Assembly (NCBI GenBank): GCA_044373665.1
Contig: JBIPNH010000003.1
Span: forward strand, 2,196-66,195
DNA: 64,000 bases
Reading direction: 5' to 3'
Source: Bacteroidia bacterium
GTDB taxonomy: Bacteria > Bacteroidota > Bacteroidia > NS11-12g > UBA955
The notes beneath the pieces are model-generated. The model was given only the letters and a program-made list of their open reading frames with translations, was not told where the DNA came from and made no database searches. Position numbers and translations under genes: made by a program. Below, in pieces: positions 19,204 through 27,500 of the stretch; position 1 is the stretch's first letter; each line of letters starts with the position of its first letter.

Positions 19204-19767
19204 TTGGAAACTTTAAGACTATATTTCAATAAATTTATAAAACTGAATGACCCAGAATGGGCAGACTTTGAAAAGTATATAATAAAGGCGAAAATTGGGA
19301 AAAACGAGCAAATACTCAGAAAAGGCGAACATTGCAATTTTATCGCATTTATCCACGAGGGGAGTTTTAGATTTTATTACGACAAGGACGGTGAAGAAAA
19401 AATCACTGCCTTTAATTTTAAAGGTGATTTTGTAAGCAATTACAGAAGCTTTTTAACTGGTAATCCTTCAGACCATTTTATTGAAGCGATGCAAGATGCA
19501 GTTATTTATAAAATAAATTTGCAAGAACTTAATTCTTTATATGATAAACATAAAAATATAGAACGACTTGGCAGACTGATTGCTGAAAATTTATATCTTA
19601 TGGTAGCCAGTCGTCTTGACTCGTTCATGTTTCAAACCCCAGAAGAAAGATATAAAGCTTTGATTGAAAGAAATTCAAGATTACTACAAGAAGTACCACA
19701 GTATATGATTGCTTCCTATCTCGGTGTTAAACCGGAAACATTAAGTCGTATTAGAGGACGCAAATAA
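19204..19767 (+). CDS. Crp/Fnr family transcriptional regulator (cNMP-binding domain + C-terminal HTH)
   Basis: 187 aa with a beta-roll region (GEHCNFIAFIHEGSFRFYY) and a C-terminal HTH (IASYLGVKPETLSRIRG). TTG start. Confidence 0.8.
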   Translation: METLRLYFNKFIKLNDPEWADFEKYIIKAKIGKNEQILRKGEHCNFIAFIHEGSFRFYYDKDGEEKITAFNFKGDFVSNYRSFLTGNPSDHFIEAMQDAVIYKINLQELNSLYDKHKNIERLGRLIAENLYLMVASRLDSFMFQTPEERYKALIERNSRLLQEVPQYMIASYLGVKPETLSRIRGRK

Positions 19768-19865
19768 TTTTGGCTCTGAAATGATTTATTGACTTTGGTC
19801 AACGACTTTTGCTTTGTTGACTATCTACCTTTGTCCTATTAATCAACATTTAAAATTTTAAGACA

Positions 19866-20444
19866 ATGAAATCGATATTCATTTATGTTGCTTTGGCAGC
19901 AATCACAGTAGTAAACGCATTTGGACAAGAGCAAAACATTCCATCAAGAAAATGGGGGGCAGAAGTAAATTTACTTTGGCCAATCTTTCCCGGAAACATC
20001 TACAAGGGACAAGTTACTTACGAAACTTGGCGAAAAAATGATTTAGCAGGTGACGTATTTGTTGGCTTTCACATAAGACCATCTGAGTTTAGGGAAGAAG
20101 AAGGCGATTTCGCCAATTATGCGCTAACATTCGGGTACAGACAATTCGTTTGGAAAGGGCTTCATTTTGAACTTTACAATGCATTCGGACCAGGCTTTAA
20201 CAAAAACAATCCTGTTGATGGAAAAGACTATACAAGCTGGGACTATGAAGTGGGATTATTAGCAGGGTATCGCTGGGAATTTTTGAAAAAAGAGAAAAGG
20301 GAAAAGATGAAAATCAGCCCCTATTTAAGCACACAACAAGGATTTTATTATGTAGCTTCAAAGAGTAATCCGCATCCAATTATAGGTTCAACTGGTGAAA
20401 GACCGATTTATGTCGGGACTTTAAACTTGGGAATTAGATTTTAA
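19866..20444 (+). CDS. small secreted protein, probable outer-membrane beta-barrel
   Basis: Signal peptide (VVNAFGQ), alternating aromatic/Gly-rich strands, and a C-terminal ...LNLGIRF with a terminal Phe. Confidence 0.5.
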   Translation: MKSIFIYVALAAITVVNAFGQEQNIPSRKWGAEVNLLWPIFPGNIYKGQVTYETWRKNDLAGDVFVGFHIRPSEFREEEGDFANYALTFGYRQFVWKGLHFELYNAFGPGFNKNNPVDGKDYTSWDYEVGLLAGYRWEFLKKEKREKMKISPYLSTQQGFYYVASKSNPHPIIGSTGERPIYVGTLNLGIRF

Positions 20445-20473
20445 ACTCTAATCTGCCCAAATCATAAATGCCA

Positions 20474-20609
20474 GTGCCTAACAGCGGTTTTGCCTCAGGC
20501 GGGGTTTCGTACTCCGTCTGACGCATTTTGCTATATTTGAACTTTATTGCTTCGTATCAAGTTTGGTGGTTTAATTCCCGCCCGAACGCAAAGCCGCGGA
20601 ACGTTACAA
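20474..20609 (+). repeat. attC-like imperfect palindrome B (136 bp)
   Basis: 5' GTGCCTAACAGCGGTTTTGC..AGGCGGGG // CCCGCCCGAACGCAAAGCCGCGGAAC-GTTACAA 3'. The arms pair extensively (TAAC/GTTA, GCGG.TTTGC, GGCGGG). ORF 20528..20758 is a read-through of it. Confidence 0.6.
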
Positions 20610-20815
20610 GCAAGGCTATGACCAACGAAATGAAATGGACATATCGGTTGACAAGAGACAGAAGCCCCCCGCAAAGGCAAGAGAGAGGCTACGCCTCACA
20701 CTTGCCTTTTTTGCAGCCCGCAATTGTGCCAACAGGCACAATTGTAGCACCTAACTGACTGTAGAAAGGCTATTTTAATAGTTAGGACAAAAAACAAAAT
20801 TAATAATAAACAAAA

Positions 20816-21355
20816 ATGAAATCTTTAAATAAAATAAGTATATTAGCGGTTGTATTTGCTGCTATGACAATTAGTGTTAACGCCCAAACCACAGGGAATT
20901 GGGATTTGAATTCAGGGAATGCCCAAACTACATCTACCTTTGCAGTAGGTCTTGGTACAACCACTCCGAATGCAAGGTTTAATTTAGTAAATCCTGTGTT
21001 CTCCGATGGAGAAGGTGGCTTTTTTTCGCATAATCCTTTTCATATACAATTTAGTGGATTAAGCACTATGATGCTCCTTAACCAATTTGGAATGTTAGGA
21101 TTGAAAACAAATAATCCCAACAGTTATTTTCATCTAAATGTAAATTCACTATCTCACAACATGTTTGAACTCACCAAACAAAACGGTACAGCGACAAGCA
21201 GACTTTATTTTGACTCACGATTTTATACAACTTCACACTTGTCTTTAAATCCAATTTGTGCCGTTGTTGGTGTTATCACCAACGACATGCATTTCATGAA
21301 ACTTGATTGTTGGTCTCGGCTAAGCCGAGACCAACAATGGCTTCAAATTTTTTAA
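20816..21355 (+). CDS. secreted hypothetical protein, probably a truncated remnant (N-terminus resembles tail-fibre/T9SS-cargo-type proteins)
   Basis: Signal peptide MKSLNKISILAVVFAAMTISVNAQ and a VGLGTTTPNARFNL motif. The last ~34 codons are encoded by the hairpin-rich duplicated segment that starts at 21255, which suggests the native 3' end is missing. Confidence 0.4.
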   Translation: MKSLNKISILAVVFAAMTISVNAQTTGNWDLNSGNAQTTSTFAVGLGTTTPNARFNLVNPVFSDGEGGFFSHNPFHIQFSGLSTMMLLNQFGMLGLKTNNPNSYFHLNVNSLSHNMFELTKQNGTATSRLYFDSRFYTTSHLSLNPICAVVGVITNDMHFMKLDCWSRLSRDQQWLQIF

Positions 21356-21632
21356 AACAGAGCTTTACAACCCCTCCAATTCTTTTTTCTGTTGTTTGGT
21401 CAATCCACTTTTAACCAATTCATAACTGTGGTCAACTAATTCCTTTGTGCCGTTGTTGGTGTTATCACCAACGACATGCATTTCATGAAACTTGATTGTT
21501 GGTCTCGGCTAAGCCGAGACCAACAATGGCTTCAAATTTTTTAAAACAGAGCTTTACAACCCCTCCAATTCTTTTTTCTGTTGTTTGGTCAATCCGCTTT
21601 TAACCAATTCATAACTGTGGTCAACTAATTCT
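21255..21632. repeat. 189-bp tandem duplication (2 copies: 21255-21443 and 21444-21632)
   Basis: By-eye alignment gives 187/189 identity (differences at 21407/21596 and 21443/21632). Each copy holds a 7-bp hairpin (gttggtg..caccaac), a 14-bp perfect hairpin (ttgttggtctcggc taa gccgagaccaacaa) and the last ~26 codons plus the stop of the yjbR-like gene. Confidence 0.9.
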
Positions 21633-21904
21633 TTTAATAATTGCTCGGACAAACCTTCAACATAAACCGTATTCCAATGGGTTTTATTCATGTGGTATCC
21701 TGGTTGTATTTGCGAATATTCCTCCCTTAATTCAATGGCTTTTTCGGGATTGCATTTTAAATTGATGCTTTGAAAATCGTTTAAACTACACAATGCAAAT
21801 ACTTTTCCCATCACTTTGAAGACTAATGTATCAGGACCAAAAGGACATTCCTCGCTCACACCAGGTTTGGAAATGCAATAGTTTCTAAATTGCTCAATGT
21901 CCAT
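21554..21904 (-). CDS. MmcQ/YjbR family DNA-binding protein
   Basis: 116 aa; CISKPGVSEECPFGPDTLVFKVMGKVFA is typical of the YjbR fold family. Confidence 0.75.
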   Translation of the reverse strand: MDIEQFRNYCISKPGVSEECPFGPDTLVFKVMGKVFALCSLNDFQSINLKCNPEKAIELREEYSQIQPGYHMNKTHWNTVYVEGLSEQLLKELVDHSYELVKSGLTKQQKKELEGL

Positions 21905-21912
21905 TGTTGATT

Positions 21913-23604
21913 CTAAAAAGCAATGGCCTCTTCAACACGTTGAAGTATGGCATCTATTTGAGTATGATTTTCTTTCAACAATTGTTTTGCTTCTTCGGCA
22001 AATGCAGCAGCTTGTTGTTTGTTAGACAAACCCTTAGCATTAATCATGACATTAAAATAAGCCCCTCTTACCGCAGTTTTGATACACAATAAGCCTACAC
22101 CAGCATCGGTTATACTGTTCTGATTGCCTTGTTCCACCATTTGACGAAGAATGTCAACACATTGAAACGCAACCTTCATGGTTTTTAATGGCACTTCAGT
22201 TGCATAAATTGACGCATTTTCAATTGCAGCTTTTCGACTATTTTTTTCCTCTTCAGTTGATTTTGGCAATTGCATCGCAGACATTATAGCATTAAACGCC
22301 TGAGTATCTTCATCAATAAAAGTCAATAATTGCTGTTTCAATGTTTGCGCTTTTTCTGCCCAAGCAGAGAATTCAGCGGTACGATGTTCCCAACCTCTTT
22401 TATCCGCACTTAAATTGGCAACCATAGCCCCTAAACTGATGCCTATTGTTCCACACAATGCACTTACAGAGCCGCCTCCAGGAGCAGGACTCTCGCTTGC
22501 AGTTTCGTTAGCAAATTGCTTAATTGTTAAATCGATTAGCGCGGTTTTGTTTTGTTGTTGTAAAACGTATTCAATAATTCGTTCTTGCGGATTGAAAGAA
22601 CTTAATTGGTTGAGCCCCAAAGATTCAACTGCTATGTGAATCAGTTCTTCTTCACTTACCCCAACACTTCTGCCTTGTTTTTCTAAATAATATTTACCAG
22701 CCTCTAAGAGGGGTTGCAATGGCACTAATCCTACCAATTCACTTCCAGTAACCCGTACACCACGTTCATTGGCTTTGGCACAAACCTCATCAAAAGCTTT
22801 GTGTACCGACGTAATTTTGTAATTGGTTAAATTCATGCTTATTTGCGCTAACCCATACTCTTCGATATACCAACCAATTGCTTTTACTGATTTTAACGTC
22901 CCCGGAATTCTTACATCTTCTCCATTTTCATCTTTCACCACTTTCCCTGAATAAGGATTTCCTTCTCTCTTTACCCTTCCTGCTTCTCTTACATCAAAAG
23001 CAATTCTGTTGGCAATACGGGTCGACTTTGTATTCAAATTCACATTGTAAGCTATTAAAAAATCGCGAGCACCAATAACAGTTGCGCCATGTTTAAGTGG
23101 TAATTCACTAGGACCAAAATCAGGTTTCCATTCAGGAAGTTTTATTTTTTCGGCAAATCCTTCATATTCACCTCCACGAATCACTGACAAGTTGGAACGG
23201 TTTTTATTCGGTTGAGCCTCTTCGTACAGATAAACAGGAATTTGAAGTTCTTTACCCACTTTTTCAGCTAAAACAATGGCCCATTTGGCACATTCTTCCA
23301 TGCTAATGCCCGAAACAGGCACAAAAGGACAAACATCGGTTGCACCCATGCGAGGGTGTTCTCCTTTGTGTGTTCTCATGTCAATTAATTCAGCAGCTTT
23401 TTGAATTCCTAAAAATGCGGCTTCTACCACTTCGGCAGGAGTGCCTGCAAATGTAACAACGGTTCTGTTTGTGGCTTTACCCATGTCAACATGTAATAAT
23501 TTTACACCTTCTACACTTTCTATGGCTTGGGTAATTTGATTGATAATTTCAGGATTTTGCCCTTCACTAAAATTAGGCACACATTCTATGATTTGTTTCG
23601 ACAT
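21913..23604 (-). CDS. ftcD: bifunctional glutamate formimidoyltransferase / formimidoyltetrahydrofolate cyclodeaminase
   Basis: N-terminal ECVPNFSEGQN transferase signature. The C-terminal ~210 aa carry the cyclodeaminase motif SPAPGGGSVSALCG. Confidence 0.88.
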   Translation of the reverse strand: MSKQIIECVPNFSEGQNPEIINQITQAIESVEGVKLLHVDMGKATNRTVVTFAGTPAEVVEAAFLGIQKAAELIDMRTHKGEHPRMGATDVCPFVPVSGISMEECAKWAIVLAEKVGKELQIPVYLYEEAQPNKNRSNLSVIRGGEYEGFAEKIKLPEWKPDFGPSELPLKHGATVIGARDFLIAYNVNLNTKSTRIANRIAFDVREAGRVKREGNPYSGKVVKDENGEDVRIPGTLKSVKAIGWYIEEYGLAQISMNLTNYKITSVHKAFDEVCAKANERGVRVTGSELVGLVPLQPLLEAGKYYLEKQGRSVGVSEEELIHIAVESLGLNQLSSFNPQERIIEYVLQQQNKTALIDLTIKQFANETASESPAPGGGSVSALCGTIGISLGAMVANLSADKRGWEHRTAEFSAWAEKAQTLKQQLLTFIDEDTQAFNAIMSAMQLPKSTEEEKNSRKAAIENASIYATEVPLKTMKVAFQCVDILRQMVEQGNQNSITDAGVGLLCIKTAVRGAYFNVMINAKGLSNKQQAAAFAEEAKQLLKENHTQIDAILQRVEEAIAF

Positions 23605-23737
23605 GATGCCACAAAAATAATATCAAACTATTAAATAGAAGTGGATTGTAAAAAAATAATAGTATTTCTTTTAAAGTTGATTATTAAGTTTTTATCGATT
23701 TTTTTCATCTGTTTTACTATTTAATCCATGGCTTTTG

Positions 23738-23745
23738 TATGTTTG
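23738..23745 (+). promoter_or_regulatory. -7 promoter box TATGTTTG
   Basis: TAnnTTTG match ending 4 nt before the ATG at 23750. Confidence 0.3.
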
Positions 23746-23749
23746 TGTT

Positions 23750-24184
23750 ATGAATACACAAAAATTATGGCGCAAAAAAGACGATAAAGTTATTGCAGGA
23801 ATCTGCAGTGGCTTAGGTCAATATTTTAATTCAGATCCTATTTTATTCAGATTTGCGTTCTTGGCTTTGCTTTTTGCAGGTGGTAGCAGTATTTTCATCT
23901 ATATTATTTTATGGATTGTGCTTCCCTCTGAACCAATCTCTATAAAAAGCGAAACTATTTATACAGAAACAATCCATTCTACTGATACGGAAAACAATAT
24001 CAAAGAAATGCAATCGATGGACAGCACAAGCTTGGTGTTTGGGTTATTATTAATTTCTGGTGGGGTATTACTCCTTTTGAACAACTTAGTACCTTATTTG
24101 AAAATGCAAAAGTTGTGGCCCGTAATACTCATTATGATTGGTTTAGGATTGCTATTTAACAAAAAGAAAGATAAAAACAATTAA
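23750..24184 (+). CDS. PspC domain-containing membrane protein
   Basis: KVIAGICSGLGQYFNSDPILFRFAFL is the PspC domain. Start taken at MNTQKL. Confidence 0.75.
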   Translation: MNTQKLWRKKDDKVIAGICSGLGQYFNSDPILFRFAFLALLFAGGSSIFIYIILWIVLPSEPISIKSETIYTETIHSTDTENNIKEMQSMDSTSLVFGLLLISGGVLLLLNNLVPYLKMQKLWPVILIMIGLGLLFNKKKDKNN

Positions 24185-24185
24185 T

Positions 24186-24443
24186 ATGAAAAATCAGAAT
24201 TTTACAGCAGGACTTTTATTGTCGATACTTGGCGTAGTTTTATTATTACGTAATTTCGATTTATTGAATATCAATTGGAATGTGGTTTTAAAGTTTTGGC
24301 CACTATTGCTTATTTATTTGGGGTTAGCCACCTTATACGGCAACAAAAAAACATGGGTTGTTCCCATTGCAATGTTGTTTATAACTTTGGTTTCAATATT
24401 ACTTTATTGGTTATTTAAAGAATCAGCTGGATTGATAGTATAG
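24186..24443 (+). CDS. small membrane protein (LiaF/DUF5668-like N-terminal domain)
   Basis: 85 aa with three TM segments, adjacent to the pspC-like gene. Confidence 0.4.
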   Translation: MKNQNFTAGLLLSILGVVLLLRNFDLLNINWNVVLKFWPLLLIYLGLATLYGNKKTWVVPIAMLFITLVSILLYWLFKESAGLIV

Positions 24444-24506
24444 TAAATGAGGGAGTTATCTCCTTAAAATAAAAATTATATTATATTTAGTAAATCATAT
24501 TCAATT

Positions 24507-24535
24507 AAAAAGGGAACCAAATTGGTTCCCTTTTT
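24507..24535. terminator. bidirectional rho-independent terminator
   Basis: aaaa-AGGGAACCaaattGGTTCCCT-tttt, between convergent genes. Confidence 0.8.
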
Positions 24536-24558
24536 AATATCAATTTTTCAAGTATCTA

Positions 24559-27500
24559 TTAACTACAACCGCTTGTAGTTCCACAAGTTAAGCAAGTGTA
24601 ACATGTGCCTGAGCGAACTGTAATATTACCACAGCTTTTGCATGCAGGTGCATCACCCATACTTGGTGGCAAATTGGCTTTAACCACTTGTTTTACTTCT
24701 TTTTTTACTACTGAAGACAAGTTAGTTTCAGTAATTGAAGACGTTGTAGTCATTTGAATTTCATTTTGCGCCAAATTGTATGATGCATCAATCGGGCTGA
24801 TTTCATCTACAATTTTTGGTTTAATATGCAATTGTTCTTGTCTGTTTAGGTATTCGAATCCTAGTAATCTGAAGATAAAATCTACAACTGAAGTTGATGA
24901 TTTGATATTGTCATGACCTTCTACCATTCCGCTTGGTTCGAATCTGCTGAATGTAAATTTATCATAATACTCTTCCAAAGGAACACCATATTGAAGACCA
25001 ATTGAAACTGCGATAGCAAAACAGTTCATTAATGAACGGAAGCTAGCACCTTCTTTGTGCATATCTACAAATATTTCTCCTAATGATCCATCTTCGTATT
25101 CACCTGTTCTTACAAACACTGTATTACCATCTATTTTTGATTTTTGAGTAAAGCCTTTGCGTTTGTTTGGCAATACTTTACGAGTCGCAATATTTGATAA
25201 TTGTTGTTTGAACGATGGGTTATTGCTATTGTTGATAATCAATCGAGCTGCTTCTAACACTATTTCTGGTGTTAAATCTTCAACTCTAGTCGTTGCATTA
25301 ATACCTACAGCTTTTTCTACCACGTCTACTTGGTCGCTTACAGCATCTTCGGTTACATCTACTTTTTTGTCAGATTTGTTTGACAATGGTTGAGATAATT
25401 TACAACCATCTCTGTATAATGCATTGGCTTTGATACCTAATTTCCAACTTAGTTCGTAGCAAGATTTAATATCTTCTACAGAAGCTTCGTTTGGCAAGTT
25501 GATTGTTTTTGAAATAGCACCCGAAATAAATGGTTGTGCTGCAGCCATCATACGAATATGAGAATGTGCATGTAAGAAACGGGTTCCATTTTTACCACAT
25601 TTGTTAGCTGTATCAAACACAGGATAGTGTTCTTCTTTTAAGTAAGGAGCACCTTCTATAGACATAGTTCCTGTTACAAACTCATTCGCTTTTTCAATAT
25701 CAGCATATTTAAACCCTAATGCATGTAACATATTAAAATCAACTTCATTGTATTGAGCAGGCGTAAATCCTAATTTTTGCAACATTGTTTCACCTAAAGT
25801 AGCAATATTAAATACAAACTCAATATCGAAAGCACGTTCCAATTGAGCTTCTACAACTTGAATATCTTCTGCAGAAAATCCTTTTGCCATCAATGTTTCA
25901 TGATTGATAAATGGCGCACCTTTTAAAGTTGCGTGACCTTTAGCATAATTGATAATTGCATCAGACTCCTCTTGAGTATAACCTAATGTTTTAAGGGCAG
26001 AAGGCACTGCTTGGTTGATGATTTTAAAATAACCACCACCACTTAATTTTTTAAATTTAACAAGTGCAAAATCAGGCTCGATACCTGTAGTATCACAATC
26101 CATCACTAAACCAATAGTTCCTGTAGGAGCTATTACTGTAGATTGGGCATTGCGGTAACCAAATTTTTCACCTAGCATTAAAGCTTTGTCCCATGCATTA
26201 CAAGCTGATCTCAATAAATCTTCAGGGCAATATTGAGGATCGATACCTACTGCAGGAATACTTAATCCTTCGTAAGCCAATGGCGTATTGTAGGCAGCAT
26301 AACGATGGTTACGAATAACGCGCAACATGTGTTTTTTGTTTTTCTCATACATTTTGAAAGCCCCTTTAGCTGCGGCCATTTCAGCACTTGTTGCGTATGA
26401 TTGTCCTGTTAATATTGCAGTTAATGAACCACAGATAGCAGAAGCTTTTGGACTGTCGTAAGGAATACCTGACACCATTAATAAAGCACCTAAGTTAGCA
26501 TATCCAAGACCCAAAGTACGGTATTCGTAGCTTAATTGAGCAACTTCTTTACTAGGGAATTGCGCCATTAATACAGAAACCTCCAAAACTACAGTCCACA
26601 AACGAATAGCATATTCATAAGAAGCGATATCGAACTCTAATTTATCAGCATCAAAAAACTTCATTAAGTTTAAAGAAGCCAAATTACAAGCCGTATTGTC
26701 TAAGAACATGTATTCAGAACATGGGTTAGACGCATTGATACGTCCACCTTCTGGGCAAGTATGCCATTCATTGATAGTATCGTCGTATTGAACACCTGGG
26801 TCAGCACATGCCCAAGCTGCGTCACCGATAGTATCCCAAACTTCTCTTGCTGGAATTTCTTTCATTACATTTCCTTTCGCACGACCTACCAACTGCCAAT
26901 TAGTGTCTTGTTTTAGTGCTTCAAAGAATTTATTTGGAATACGAACTGAGTTATTTGAATTTTGACCAGACACTGTTGCGTATGCTTCACCTTCATAATC
27001 GCTTGGGTAACCAGCATCTATTAAAGCAGCTACTTTTTTCTCTTCTTCTTTCTTCCAACTAATGAAAGACATTATTTCCGGATGGTCTAAATCTAAACAA
27101 ACCATTTTAGCAGCTCTTCTTGTTGTTCCTCCAGATTTGATTGCACCTGCAGCTCTGTCACCAATTTTTAAGAACGACATTAAACCAGAAGACGTTCCTC
27201 CTCCTGATAACTTTTCACCATTTCCTCTAATTCTAGAGAAATTGGTACCCACACCTGAACCATATTTAAAAATACGCGCTTCACGAACCCATAAATCCAT
27301 GATACCACCTTCATTTACCAAATCATCATCAACAGATAAAATAAAACATGCATGAGGCTGAGGGCGTTCGTATGCAGAAGTTGAACGCATTAATTTTTCA
27401 GTATCAGGGTCTACATAATAATGCCCTTGAGGATTACCTGTAATACCATATGCAGAATGTAAACCTGTATTAAACCATTGAGGGGAGTTAGGCGCTGATT

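Larger units (their letters stand above)
19173..20603 (+). mobile_element. putative integron-type gene cassette 2 (Crp/Fnr regulator + small OM beta-barrel + attC-like site B)
   Basis: Starts with TTAGGCAC just after the G of attC-like A. GTTAGGCAC is the exact reverse complement of GTGCCTAAC, the 5' core of attC-like B. Confidence 0.55.

Noticed and set aside
19023-19232. 69-aa ORF (and the analogous 76-aa ORF at 20528..20758) from the ORF track
   Set aside because: Both are simply translations across the attC-like palindromes. They have no start context and an odd composition, and the sequences are better explained as structured repeats.
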